Part shown: piece after piece, positions 19,671 to 29,518 of the stretch
How positions within the stretch are numbered: the first letter of the stretch is position 1
How the letters are laid out: each line of letters opens with the position of its first letter
DNA from: Treponemataceae bacterium
Lineage (GTDB): Bacteria > Spirochaetota > Spirochaetia > Treponematales > Rectinemataceae
DNA: 64,000 nt
Direction of reading: 5' to 3'
Assembly: GCA_963678065.2 (NCBI GenBank)
Contig: CAXXVZ010000002.1
Location: 160,001 to 224,000 of the forward strand
Translations under genes and position numbers: made by a program
The notes under the pieces: generated by a model
Told to the model about the DNA's origin: nothing
Seen by the model: only the letters and a program-made list of their open reading frames with translations
The model's database searches: none

Positions 19671-22600
19671 TCATTTCACTACAGCCTTTCCGTCGTAGTA
19701 GCGGATGCCATCCTTATAGGACCAGAGCTTCAAGTAATCCCAGAGTATCGGACTTTCGGCCATTATGTTGTTATGCGCGCGATACGCGGTCTGGGTCCAC
19801 TTGACGAGCGGAATACCCTGCGCGTTCTTCCACGTCCAGGTGGTGTACCTGCCATTCACCTCGGCTTTGGAAGGGTCTCCCACGGGACCTACATTGTTTG
19901 CCTTGAGATAGTAAGCGGCCCACTTGTCCAGGTTGTTGTCAACTGCGTCCCATAATGTACCAGTCTGGAATTCGATATCCCCTTCGCCCAAGATGCAGTA
20001 AACAGGCATTACAGCATACTTTGCGGCATTGAGAGTCGCATTCCAATCGGCATCGTTCATGCCTCCTAGCCCGGAGGTGCTCGCAATGGCCGCGAAGTAC
20101 TCGGGATTCGTCATGCCGAAGCCCTGCACAGCAAAACTGCCCGCCGACTGGCCCGTTGCGTAGAATCTGGTCGGATCGACGTTGTATTTTTCTTTGACCA
20201 ATTTTGCGAGCTGTTCGTAGAAGATACCCGTGTCCTTGTGGCTGACCACAGTGGATCGGGAGCTGTATTGCTCGCAGGGGATGACGAGAATGATGCCTTC
20301 CCTATCCGCCACCTTCCACCACTGGGTCGCATGGAAGAACACCTTGTCGGTCTGACTGTCTCCAGCGAAAACGAACAATGTCGGCGCACCCATCGGCCAG
20401 AGCTTCGCCGCCGAATCGGGCACGTATACCTGGTATTCGCGCAGATAGCCATTGACCACCATGTTGAATATCTCGCCGTACTTCGCCCTGATGGCAAGCT
20501 GATTCCCATACGCCGAGCTGTTGTCGTAGCGGACATATTCCGTCAGGAAATTGTAAATGGTCCTGCTCGTCTGCGCGTTCCAGATGTCGACTTTCTTCTC
20601 CAGGGTCGCCACTTTGGAAATCGGGCCGGAATAGGCTGTCTGCCAAGCATCGGAGTCTTTCGACTGGGTATATACGGTGCTGCCGAACAGATAGCTGGAT
20701 TTCGACCAGGTTTCGCCCTGGCAATCACTCAGGCCTTTCCAATAATCTATCGCCTTCGACACCTTGGCCAGGCTCGCGTTTACGTACCAGGTCGGCACAG
20801 GCACCTGGTTATAGGCTATCTTGATTTTTTCGGGAATCTCGATGGGTTTGTAACCGGTCTTCTTGCCGTCAAAGAACATCGCTCCGAATTGCGCGTAATA
20901 GCTGTCGCTCAGGCTTGCCGTGTTGATGTAAGCCTGACTCGCGACAAAGAGCGGGTTCGCCGCGGCCCAGGCCTCCAGCGCCGTCCCTCCCTTGCCGTAG
21001 CCTGCCAGATAGTGCTCTCCGAAAATCGAGAAATAGCTGTTGGATTTGAAGAAACCGATCGCGGCGTTGATATACGCAAGCTCGTCATCCGCGCTGCCCC
21101 ATCCGGTCTTTCCGGGCTCGAGAATGAACAGGCCTTCATCGTTCGCGTCGGCGAGATCCTTCCAGCCGCTTTTCAGGATGAAATCGTTCGTGTTGATTCC
21201 ATCGGGAACGGAAATCACCGTGAAGAAGGGGCGAATCGATGCATTCGGGGCGATATAGACCTTCGCGGTCCTGGTCGCTCCGTTCACGCTGAGCGATTTT
21301 TCCATGTAGCCGGTGAGCGGGAGTTTGTTGGCACGCGTGTAATTGTAGGCAGGGACGGAGGCATTGTCCAAGGAAGCAGGTTTGAAATCGTTCGCAACCG
21401 GCACGCCGCCATAGTACCGGACCCCATCCTTATAGGACCAGAGCTTCAGGTAATCCCAGAGCATCGGACTTTCCGCCATTATGTTGTTGTGCGCGCGCCA
21501 TGCGGTCTGGGTCCACTTGACGAGGGGGAAGCCCTGCGCGTTCTTCCACGTGTAGGTGGTGTACCTGCCGTTTTTTTCGCCTTTGTTGATGTCGCCCACC
21601 GGACCGACATTGTTCGCCTTGAGATAGTAGTCCGCCCATTGATCGAATAAGTTGTATTCCGAATCCCATAACGTACCAGACCACATGGGAATGTCGCCTT
21701 CGCCGACGATGAGGTAGGTGGGTACCATCGCATATGTCGCGTTTTCGGGCGGGGCGACGACACCGGAAGTCGTGGCGATAGCCGCGAAGTACTCAGGATT
21801 CGTCATCCCGAAGCCCTGCGTCGCCATGCTGCCCGCTGACTGGCCCGTGGCGTAGAATCTGGTCGGATCGACTTTGTACTTTTCCTTTACCAGTTTCGCG
21901 AGCTGTTCGTAAAAGATGCCCGTGTCCTTGTGGCTGACCACGGTGGATCGGGAGCTGTATTGCTCGCAGGGGATGACGAGAATGATGCCTTCCCTATCCG
22001 CCACCTTCCACCACTGAGTCGCATGGAAGAACACTTTGTCAGTCTGGCTGTCTCCGGCGAATACGAACAATGTCGGCGCGCCATTCGGCCACAGTCTCGC
22101 CGCCGAATCGGGCACATATACCTGGTACTCGCGTATGTAGCCGTTGACCATCATAGTGTTGATCTCGCCATATTTGGCATTCAGGCCGAGCTGATTCCCG
22201 TAGGCCGAGGTGACATCGTACCGGATATATTCCGTCAGGAAATTGTAGATGGTCTGGCTCGTCTTCGCATCCCAGATATCGACTTTTTTCTCCAAGGTCG
22301 CCACCTTGGAAATCGGGCCGGAAAAATCCGTCTGCCAGGCGTCGGATTTTTTGGACTGGGCATAAACAGTGCTGCCGAACAGATAGTCGGCCTTTGTGCT
22401 GCTCTCGTCCACACAGTCGCTGGCCGACTTCCAGTAGGCGACGGCTTTGGACACGGAGGCCAGGCTCTGGTTCACATACCAGGTCGGCACCGGAACCTGG
22501 CTATAGGCGATCGCGATCTGTGCGGGGATATCGATCACTTTGTAGCCGGTGTTCTTGGCGTCGAAGAACTTTGTGTCGAATTGGGCGTAGTATTTATCGC

Positions 22601-23159
22601 TCAAACTTGCCGAGTCGACATAGGCTTGACTCGTGACAAGCAGTGGATTCGCGGCAGCCCAGGCTTCCAGAGCCGTCCCGCCCTTGCCGTAGCCCACCAG
22701 ATAGTTCTCCCCGAAAATGGAGAAATAGCTGTTGCCCCTGAAGAAACCTATTGCGGTGTTCAGGTATGCAAGCTCGTCATCCACGTTGCCCCATCCGGCC
22801 TTTCCGGGCTCGAGGATGAACAAACCCGCTTCGTTCGCGTCGGCGATGTCCTTCCAGCCGCTGTTCACGATGAAATCGTTCGTGTCGATCCCATCGGCGA
22901 TGGCGATTACCGTGAAGAAGGCACGTATTGGCGCGTCGGCGGAAATATAAATCTTCGCGGTCCGGGTCACTCCGTTCACATTGAACGATTTTTCGAAGTA
23001 TCCAGTGAGCGGCAGTTTATTGGCTCGTGTGTAATTGTAATCCGGGATCGGAGCATTATCCAAAGTGGTCGGTTTTAATGAATTCGCTGCAAAGGCAAGG
23101 GTTGGTGTCATGGCCAACAGCATCGCCAAAGCCATTACAATCAATAACGCTTTCTTCAT
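19671..23159 (-). CDS. Secreted 1162-aa protein with two tandem [degenerate hydrolase + PHB-depolymerase/CE1-like esterase] units
   Basis: Signal peptide MKKALL...AFA. Each unit has a GYGKGG (Ser-less elbow) domain followed by a domain with GQSAG, GEGD and RAHNN (Ser-Asp-His). RBS AGGAGG. Confidence 0.8.
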   Translation of the reverse strand: MKKALLIVMALAMLLAMTPTLAFAANSLKPTTLDNAPIPDYNYTRANKLPLTGYFEKSFNVNGVTRTAKIYISADAPIRAFFTVIAIADGIDTNDFIVNSGWKDIADANEAGLFILEPGKAGWGNVDDELAYLNTAIGFFRGNSYFSIFGENYLVGYGKGGTALEAWAAANPLLVTSQAYVDSASLSDKYYAQFDTKFFDAKNTGYKVIDIPAQIAIAYSQVPVPTWYVNQSLASVSKAVAYWKSASDCVDESSTKADYLFGSTVYAQSKKSDAWQTDFSGPISKVATLEKKVDIWDAKTSQTIYNFLTEYIRYDVTSAYGNQLGLNAKYGEINTMMVNGYIREYQVYVPDSAARLWPNGAPTLFVFAGDSQTDKVFFHATQWWKVADREGIILVIPCEQYSSRSTVVSHKDTGIFYEQLAKLVKEKYKVDPTRFYATGQSAGSMATQGFGMTNPEYFAAIATTSGVVAPPENATYAMVPTYLIVGEGDIPMWSGTLWDSEYNLFDQWADYYLKANNVGPVGDINKGEKNGRYTTYTWKNAQGFPLVKWTQTAWRAHNNIMAESPMLWDYLKLWSYKDGVRYYGGVPVANDFKPASLDNASVPAYNYTRANKLPLTGYMEKSLSVNGATRTAKVYIAPNASIRPFFTVISVPDGINTNDFILKSGWKDLADANDEGLFILEPGKTGWGSADDELAYINAAIGFFKSNSYFSIFGEHYLAGYGKGGTALEAWAAANPLFVASQAYINTASLSDSYYAQFGAMFFDGKKTGYKPIEIPEKIKIAYNQVPVPTWYVNASLAKVSKAIDYWKGLSDCQGETWSKSSYLFGSTVYTQSKDSDAWQTAYSGPISKVATLEKKVDIWNAQTSRTIYNFLTEYVRYDNSSAYGNQLAIRAKYGEIFNMVVNGYLREYQVYVPDSAAKLWPMGAPTLFVFAGDSQTDKVFFHATQWWKVADREGIILVIPCEQYSSRSTVVSHKDTGIFYEQLAKLVKEKYNVDPTRFYATGQSAGSFAVQGFGMTNPEYFAAIASTSGLGGMNDADWNATLNAAKYAVMPVYCILGEGDIEFQTGTLWDAVDNNLDKWAAYYLKANNVGPVGDPSKAEVNGRYTTWTWKNAQGIPLVKWTQTAYRAHNNIMAESPILWDYLKLWSYKDGIRYYDGKAVVK
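19680..23080. repeat. Intragenic tandem duplication, period about 1692 bp
   Basis: GTGGATCGGGAGCTGTATTGCTCGCAGGGGATGACGAGAATGATGCCTTCCCTATCCGCCACCTTCCACCACTG begins at both 20251 and 21943. Confidence 0.9.
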
Positions 23160-23351
23160 TGATCCGCCTCCTGAAACTGATTGGAACTGACAGGAACAGT
23201 CATTCCCGAGGAAAACGTCGTTTTGCAGCCAGAGAAAAAAATCCACACTTTGCCGTAGCGGTTTCCCTATTCGATGCCATCCACCACCAGATCCTGTACC
23301 CGGCAACGCCGGATAATGTCACTCCAGAACATTGTTTGTGTTTAGTTCACC

Positions 23352-24032
23352 TCACACGCTCATCAATTCACCGATGCGCCTGAAAGCGTCCTCGCCGGCA
23401 TACAGCACAGGGGTCTTCATCTGCAGCTTCTTCAGTTTTTCGTCCATCAACGCGAAGGGAATCTGCCCCATGAGGATGCAGTCGACACCCTTTTCATCGA
23501 GCTTCCTGATATCTTCGAGCACTATCGCATCGTGCTTTTCGAATTCTCCCGCGTTGAAAAGCTCAAGGGCCGTGCCGTTGCCCGAAAAGACGATTTCAAC
23601 CTTCTTTCCGAGCTGATCCGCCCTTGTTTTCAGCCCTTCTTCGACGTAGGGAAGCACATATTCGGTGGTGGTGATGACACCGATCCTGCGGTACCTTTCC
23701 ACCGCCGCGTCGAGAATCACGGCATCCATCTGGACGAAAGGCACCGACACGACTTCCTTCGCATAGGCCGTGGCCCTGGGCATGAGGCTGCAGCAGGATA
23801 CGATGACGCCACAGCCCGCCCGCTCCAGTTCGAACGCGAAATTCGCGTATCGGAGAAGATTGCTTTTCGGCGTGATGCCGGCGGGCGAATTGAAATTGTC
23901 GACTTTGACGTTGCCATTGTAGATATGAATGAATTTCGTCCCGGGTAGGTAGAGTCCCATGTATTTCTCGACCATTCCGATCGTGGCCGGCGTAGTATGG
24001 ATGAAGCCTGCCTTTTTGCTCTCTTCGATCAT
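23352..24032 (-). CDS. Asp/Glu racemase-superfamily protein
   Basis: FIHTTPAT, VSCCSL, RIGVITTT, DCILMGQ pattern. Confidence 0.65.
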   Translation of the reverse strand: MIEESKKAGFIHTTPATIGMVEKYMGLYLPGTKFIHIYNGNVKVDNFNSPAGITPKSNLLRYANFAFELERAGCGVIVSCCSLMPRATAYAKEVVSVPFVQMDAVILDAAVERYRRIGVITTTEYVLPYVEEGLKTRADQLGKKVEIVFSGNGTALELFNAGEFEKHDAIVLEDIRKLDEKGVDCILMGQIPFALMDEKLKKLQMKTPVLYAGEDAFRRIGELMSV

Positions 24033-24185
24033 GCAGTTCCCCCCTCCGGATTCTTCGAAATTCGATCGGACTCACGACATCGAAAATGCCCGGGATCGGA
24101 AAAACAAAAACCGCCCGATACGGAATCGAACCAGGCGGCTTATGTTCACGTGCTGCTCAGTTTCCCCTTGCCAAAACTGGGATGA

Positions 24186-26294
24186 TCAGATCGTAGCCAC
24201 CGTGAATTTATAGGTACTTGTCGTGACTCCGTCGGGCGCAACTACCTGAATTGTGATGACGCTGCCTGAGGATACGGCGACGGTGGAGCCTGATCCGGAT
24301 GCGACTGCGGTTCCGTTGACCGTCATCGACTTGATCCTGGTGGACATGGATGTGGGGACGATCGTAATGCTTCCGTTGGCCGCAGGCACCTTGATCGTAT
24401 AGTTGTAGTTCCACGGATCGAATTTGTTCGGCAGTGAATAGCTCACCGATTTCGAAACTCCTGCCCATGTGTAGGCCGGCGGTGCGGCTTGCCATGTGAG
24501 CGTCGTTCCGACCAGGTTCCCGCCCGCAATCTCGACATTGCTGAGCACGGAATATTTCTGGTACCCGTCCTTGCCGTTGTAATTCACGGGAGCCGAGGTC
24601 AGAAATTCGGTATTGTCGCCCATGATGCCCAGAAGCTTGAGGGATATCCAGTTGGTCCCGTCTTTCCACATATCGCCGATGAGGGTCGTCCGGCTGTTCG
24701 GAGCGTCGTTATTGCCGCGCAAGGTGGGAGAGCAACCGGCCTCGCCCTTGTCCACGACCTGCTGGAGTGCCTGCTCGAAGAGTTTCAGGTTGATCTCGCC
24801 GAGAGGAGTCTCATCGTGGCCCGTGAAGAGTCTGACGATCTTGCCGCCATCTTTCTTGTAATTCGAATAGGTCTGCTGCGCCATCGAAAGCAGAAGATCA
24901 GCTTTTACCTGCTGAACCGCGACATTGTCTGCGGAACCGGCCCGCGTGCAGCCGTAGATGTCAGAGGCGAAAATCAGGCCGTTCGCCTTGTCCTGAAGGA
25001 TAACATTGCCGTTCTCGTGTCCGGGAATGGCATAGACATTCAGATCGCAGCCTCCTAGATGGAAAACATCACCTTCGTCGATATTCTTGATTTTGGCCTG
25101 GTCGGCGGCCAGCGGGAAGAGGGCGGGTCCCATGGGCGACGAGGCTCCGAGCGAGGACCAGCCGCGTTCATTGCAGTAGACATCGACGCCGGCGTGCAGG
25201 AAGTTCGGCGCCTGGGCCCAATGATCGCCATGCGCGTGCCCGATGATCATGAAATTGGGCTTCGTCGCGATGTTTTTGTCGACGTACTCTTTCAGGTTCT
25301 TGATATTGTCCGTAATTTGCAGGCCATCGAACATGATCCCGACATCCTGCCCCTCGATGTACCAGGCCATCGCCCGGACGGATTCCGAGTCGTTGCAGAT
25401 GCGGTAGATCGCCGGACTGGTCGCGGTTTTCGCCTGGATGAGAAGATGCTGGAAATCATCCACCACGGGGCGGTACAGATGCCAGACGAAGGTCTGCATG
25501 GGGCTTATGGCCATGCCGTCCTTGACGGCGATCGCCTTGTAGACTACGTCCCTTCCGGGAAGCTGCGCGTTGGAGAGCATCTCGTTGATGTGCCCCTTGG
25601 TAGCCACGGAATAGACTGCGCTGGCGGTGGATGGAGTCGAGCCGTCGGTGGTGTAGTAGATGGTCGCGCCCGGAGTGGGGCAGGTCAGCTTGATGTAGCG
25701 CCGCGGGGCGATCGAGTTGGTCTTCGGCAGTGCCTGCACGGGAGAAACCGTCGTGCTCGTTATTCTGGAGAAAATCGCCTCCGCTTCGGCTGCCTGGATG
25801 GAGTCGTTCGGCGCGAATGCCGCGGCTGTCTTGCCGGACATGTAGCCTGCGGCCACCATGGTGTTTACGCTGGCCCGCGCTGCCGCGCTTATGGCCGTGC
25901 TGTCAGAAAACTTCGCGAGCACATTGATGGCAGAATCCGGGACCCTAAATGCCCTGGCAAAGACGACGGCGGCATCCTGGCGCGAAATCTCTTTGTCCGG
26001 GTAGAAATTCCCCGGTGCGCCCACGCTGATGATCCCCTCCTCGACGGCGGTATCGATCTGTTTTGCATATCTATCCCCGGCTTTGACGTCTTTGAGCTGC
26101 TGGAGGGGCGTTTTCCAAATATCGTTGTACTCGGTCGGATGCGGCCAGGCGAAGTAATCGGAAATCTTCGCGACAAATTCCGCTCTCGTGAGCGGGCGAT
26201 CTGCGGCCTGGGCAAACCCGGAGCCTGCGGTGAGTGCCACCAGGATGATGCATCCTGTGAACACCATAAACCATTTCGATGGCTTTCCACGCAT
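24186..26294 (-). CDS. Secreted SLH + Fn3/chitobiase-C-like + MBL-fold metallohydrolase + cadherin-like protein
   Basis: Signal peptide; SLH-like LTRAEF, FYPDKEISRQDAA, FAPNDSIQAAEA; ATIYYTTDGSTP; HAHGDH, PGHE, FASD, TGHD; C-terminal VVAPDGVTTSTYKFTV. Confidence 0.75.
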   Translation of the reverse strand: MRGKPSKWFMVFTGCIILVALTAGSGFAQAADRPLTRAEFVAKISDYFAWPHPTEYNDIWKTPLQQLKDVKAGDRYAKQIDTAVEEGIISVGAPGNFYPDKEISRQDAAVVFARAFRVPDSAINVLAKFSDSTAISAAARASVNTMVAAGYMSGKTAAAFAPNDSIQAAEAEAIFSRITSTTVSPVQALPKTNSIAPRRYIKLTCPTPGATIYYTTDGSTPSTASAVYSVATKGHINEMLSNAQLPGRDVVYKAIAVKDGMAISPMQTFVWHLYRPVVDDFQHLLIQAKTATSPAIYRICNDSESVRAMAWYIEGQDVGIMFDGLQITDNIKNLKEYVDKNIATKPNFMIIGHAHGDHWAQAPNFLHAGVDVYCNERGWSSLGASSPMGPALFPLAADQAKIKNIDEGDVFHLGGCDLNVYAIPGHENGNVILQDKANGLIFASDIYGCTRAGSADNVAVQQVKADLLLSMAQQTYSNYKKDGGKIVRLFTGHDETPLGEINLKLFEQALQQVVDKGEAGCSPTLRGNNDAPNSRTTLIGDMWKDGTNWISLKLLGIMGDNTEFLTSAPVNYNGKDGYQKYSVLSNVEIAGGNLVGTTLTWQAAPPAYTWAGVSKSVSYSLPNKFDPWNYNYTIKVPAANGSITIVPTSMSTRIKSMTVNGTAVASGSGSTVAVSSGSVITIQVVAPDGVTTSTYKFTVATI

Positions 26295-26434
26295 TGAAAT
26301 ACCTCCTGTAAAAATTGGATTCCCCCTGCATTGGTCTCTTCGGATTTCCGGAGCACCGACATGCTGTCAGGAACGAATGACCTATGAGCGCTGCCGCTTC
26401 AGACAGTCCCCTTGAGAATGAAAACCCGGGACCC

Positions 26435-26848
26435 TCAGGCCATCGGCCACTCGAAGAACTCGACGTAGCCGATCTTGCTGCTCTTTAAGAAACAGATCTT
26501 GTTCTTCTGGAATACTCCGTTCGTGATGGGCTCGAAAATCGTGAACTCACCGGTGGCCATCAGGTCGCTCACCGTCTTCTCGATATCGTCCACGTCGTAG
26601 CAGATATGATGGAAGACGAAGGCTTCGGTCGTTGTCGTCAGAATGTCCCCCACGAAACAGGGCTTTTCGGGATCGGCCGGAGACATTATCTCCACGACGA
26701 GGCCAGCCAATTGAACCCGCTGCACGAACATGTTCTTCGGAATGTGATGTTTTATGTCCTCATGAACCTTGGTGTAGCCCATCTTCAGATGCATTTCGAT
26801 CGCTTCCGTGATATTTCTGGCCACGAAGCCGAGATGATTCAGTTTCAT
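26435..26848 (-). CDS. VOC/glyoxalase family protein (methylmalonyl-CoA epimerase-like)
   Basis: LNHLGFVARNI, VEIMSP, HHICYDVDDIE, YVEFFE. Confidence 0.8.
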   Translation of the reverse strand: MKLNHLGFVARNITEAIEMHLKMGYTKVHEDIKHHIPKNMFVQRVQLAGLVVEIMSPADPEKPCFVGDILTTTTEAFVFHHICYDVDDIEKTVSDLMATGEFTIFEPITNGVFQKNKICFLKSSKIGYVEFFEWPMA

Positions 26849-26882
26849 ATCGCCGTTCTCCTTTTCGCCGGCGTCTTGGGCT

Positions 26883-27530
26883 TCAGACGTCCGATTCGTC
26901 GGTCAGCTGCATCTCCGTCGCCATGAATATCGCCTTGGTCGTCGTTTCGTACTGGTGCCAGGGGTAGATGCAATCTTCGTCGTACATGGGCTCGTGCGTG
27001 CACCCCGGGGCCATGGGATCCTCGCGGTAGAGGGTGGCGAGGTCCTGCTCCGCATACTGCTGCATCCTGCCGAAGCCGAGGATCTGTGTGTGGACCTCGC
27101 GGAAAGGTTTGCCGCCCCAATGGGTCTTGTGCAGGCCTACGTTCAGGGGTATGCCCTCCGCGAAGCACATGTTGACCTCGGTATTGCCGAGGCGGATCTT
27201 GGGAGAGCGCCAGAGCTGTACTCCTTTGTGTCTCTCCGCTTTCGTGGCCTCGTATACCAGGGTCCATTTCTTTTTGATCGCCTCGAAGAGGGCCTCGTGG
27301 TCAGTGTTCCTCTCGAAGTCCTCGATGACGAAGCAGCGCTCGACGTCCGTGATCATCATGTTGGTGACGACGGTGGATCTGAAGAAGCTCAGGGCCTGGT
27401 GCTTGATCCCGATACCCTTTCGGGCCAGGTTGAACACTATGCTCTTCTTCCCCACCGTGTAGTCCTTCTCGTCGAGAAGGTATTTCACGGAAAAGAAGGG
27501 TTCCACGAAATCCAGGGGATGTACGCTCAT
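26883..27530 (-). CDS. Cupin-like protein resembling the aldos-2-ulose dehydratase/isomerase cupin domain
   Basis: GLHKTH...FREVHTQILGFGRMQQY...MAPGCTHEP...YPWHQY; family assignment from memory. Confidence 0.5.
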   Translation of the reverse strand: MSVHPLDFVEPFFSVKYLLDEKDYTVGKKSIVFNLARKGIGIKHQALSFFRSTVVTNMMITDVERCFVIEDFERNTDHEALFEAIKKKWTLVYEATKAERHKGVQLWRSPKIRLGNTEVNMCFAEGIPLNVGLHKTHWGGKPFREVHTQILGFGRMQQYAEQDLATLYREDPMAPGCTHEPMYDEDCIYPWHQYETTTKAIFMATEMQLTDESDV

Positions 27531-27546
27531 TTTGCCCGAACCTCCC

Positions 27547-28587
27547 TCAGGAGTTCGTGAGGATCACTTTGACCTCTTCGGTTTGGCCGGATACGAGCTC
27601 GGAGAAAATTCTGGGGCCTTCGGACATGGGAAGCACTGAGGTGATCATCTGCTTCACGTCTACCATGCCATCGCTGATCATCTTGAGGCCTTCACGCATC
27701 TCGGATGTGTACATGTAGCTGCCGAGAAGCTTCAGTTCCTTGCACACGGCGTGCTTGTACTCGATCTCGATTTTGGGAGAGGCCATACCGACCATGATGA
27801 GCTTGCCGCCATTCCTCGCGATCTCGATGCCGGTATTGACGGTGGCGGCCACGCCAGCTGCGTCGAACACGACATCGACGCCGAGGCCTCCGGTCATCTT
27901 TCTCGTGATCGCCAGAACGTCCTCCCTGGAATTGATGCTGTCGGTCGCACCGCAATCCATGGCAAGCTTGAGGCGTTTGTCGATCAGATCGATCGCGATG
28001 ATCCTCTTGGCCCCGAAACCTTTAAGGCATAACACGCCCATGAGGCCGATCGGTCCCGTTCCGAACACGGCGACGGTTTTGCCGGCGAGGTCGCCGGCGT
28101 GCTTTGTCGCCCGCAGAGAGATGGAGAGAGGCTCGACAAGCGCGCACTCGTTGAAGGAGACATGGTCCGGCAATCTCATGATCTTCACGGCGGGGGCGAC
28201 GACGTAGTCAGCCATGGCGCCGTTGTAGCTGCCGGCCTTCATCGTGGTGCCGATGATGTAGCGATTGTCGCAGACGTTGTCGAGGCCATCCTTGCAGTCC
28301 TGGCAGGTGCCGCAGAAGAGATTGGTCACGACGCCCACGCGGTCGCCGATCTGCATCCCTGTCACGTCCTCGCCCAGCTCGGCGATTTCGCCGGAGAATT
28401 CGTGGCCCATAATGAGAGGAGGCACTCTCATTGCCGAGCCGCCCTTGTAGCCGGAGAGATCCGAGCCGCAGATGGCCACGGCTTTGACCTTCACGAGGAC
28501 TTCGCCCTTTTTCGGCTTTGGCGTCTCGACTTCGACGTACCGAAGATCGCGCGGACCGTAATAGACTAAGGCTTTCATGTAACGCAC
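27547..28587 (-). CDS. Zn-dependent polyol/sugar dehydrogenase (MDR family)
   Basis: ICGSD, GHEFSG, CGTCQDC...C, GTGPIG. Confidence 0.92.
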   Translation of the reverse strand: MRYMKALVYYGPRDLRYVEVETPKPKKGEVLVKVKAVAICGSDLSGYKGGSAMRVPPLIMGHEFSGEIAELGEDVTGMQIGDRVGVVTNLFCGTCQDCKDGLDNVCDNRYIIGTTMKAGSYNGAMADYVVAPAVKIMRLPDHVSFNECALVEPLSISLRATKHAGDLAGKTVAVFGTGPIGLMGVLCLKGFGAKRIIAIDLIDKRLKLAMDCGATDSINSREDVLAITRKMTGGLGVDVVFDAAGVAATVNTGIEIARNGGKLIMVGMASPKIEIEYKHAVCKELKLLGSYMYTSEMREGLKMISDGMVDVKQMITSVLPMSEGPRIFSELVSGQTEEVKVILTNS

Positions 28588-28711
28588 CTCGTCGCCTTGC
28601 GCCTCGGCGTATTCAAATATGGCGCGAACCTGCGCAGGTTTGGTTCACGCCATCGCCCGCCCCCCCCCGAAGCCTGGGCAAAGTGTAATCGTCATGACGA
28701 ATGTCGTTCGC

Positions 28712-29518
28712 CTATTCGGCACGGTAGGGGCGCAGGTCGTGTGCGGCGAAGAAATCGATGCCCCCCCTGATCTCGGAGGCGTAGTCCTTGAATACGGAGG
28801 CCTCGACGGAGACGATCTCCTTGTACGCTATCTTCTTCAGAGTCTCTAGGAAGGGAACATAGTCGAAGCCATCGTCAAGCCTCGGCACGATCCGCTCCGG
28901 GAAGGTTGTGAGGGGATTGTCGATGTGCACGTGCTTGATGTAGGGCTCGAATTCGACGATATCGGAGAGGGGTCGACCGAGTTCGACCATGTACCGATAA
29001 TCGATGAAGGTCTTCAGGTTGGGCGCGTCGAATTTCCTGATGAAGGCGATGGCTTCCGGCAGGTTGTTCACGATGTTGGAGAGCTTCTTTCCGAGAGGCT
29101 CGATGAGGACCGTGATGTTGCGCTCGGCGGCTATGCCGAGCAACATGGAGAAGAACTCGTCGAATTTCTCGGCTGCACCGGCGATATCCCCTTCTGCCGG
29201 GAGGCTGCGGGCCTTCCCGTTTCCGAATACGAAATACCGCGCGCCCATCTCGGCTGTCCTGTCCGCGGCTACATTGAGGAAATCCCTGTAGTACTTCAGG
29301 TCGAAGGATGGATCGGCCACGCGGGAATCGAGAGGTATCGGATTGTCGAAGACCTCCGCCGGTATCCCGCAGGACTTCAGCCTGGCGAGGGCCTGTCTGA
29401 ATCCGGCATCGTCGAAGGCCATCATTTCCCGTACGTGCAGCTCTGCGCAGTCGTAGCCGGCCTCTGCGATGGCGTCCAGATCCTTTATAAAGCCAAAACA
29501 GCTCAAACGCATTCTCAT
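28712..29518 (-). CDS. Sugar phosphate isomerase/epimerase (xylose isomerase-like TIM barrel)
   Basis: AEAGYDCAE, VFGNGKAR, IEPL, IDYRYM, HVHI, VSVEA. RBS GGAGG. Confidence 0.85.
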   Translation of the reverse strand: MRMRLSCFGFIKDLDAIAEAGYDCAELHVREMMAFDDAGFRQALARLKSCGIPAEVFDNPIPLDSRVADPSFDLKYYRDFLNVAADRTAEMGARYFVFGNGKARSLPAEGDIAGAAEKFDEFFSMLLGIAAERNITVLIEPLGKKLSNIVNNLPEAIAFIRKFDAPNLKTFIDYRYMVELGRPLSDIVEFEPYIKHVHIDNPLTTFPERIVPRLDDGFDYVPFLETLKKIAYKEIVSVEASVFKDYASEIRGGIDFFAAHDLRPYRAE

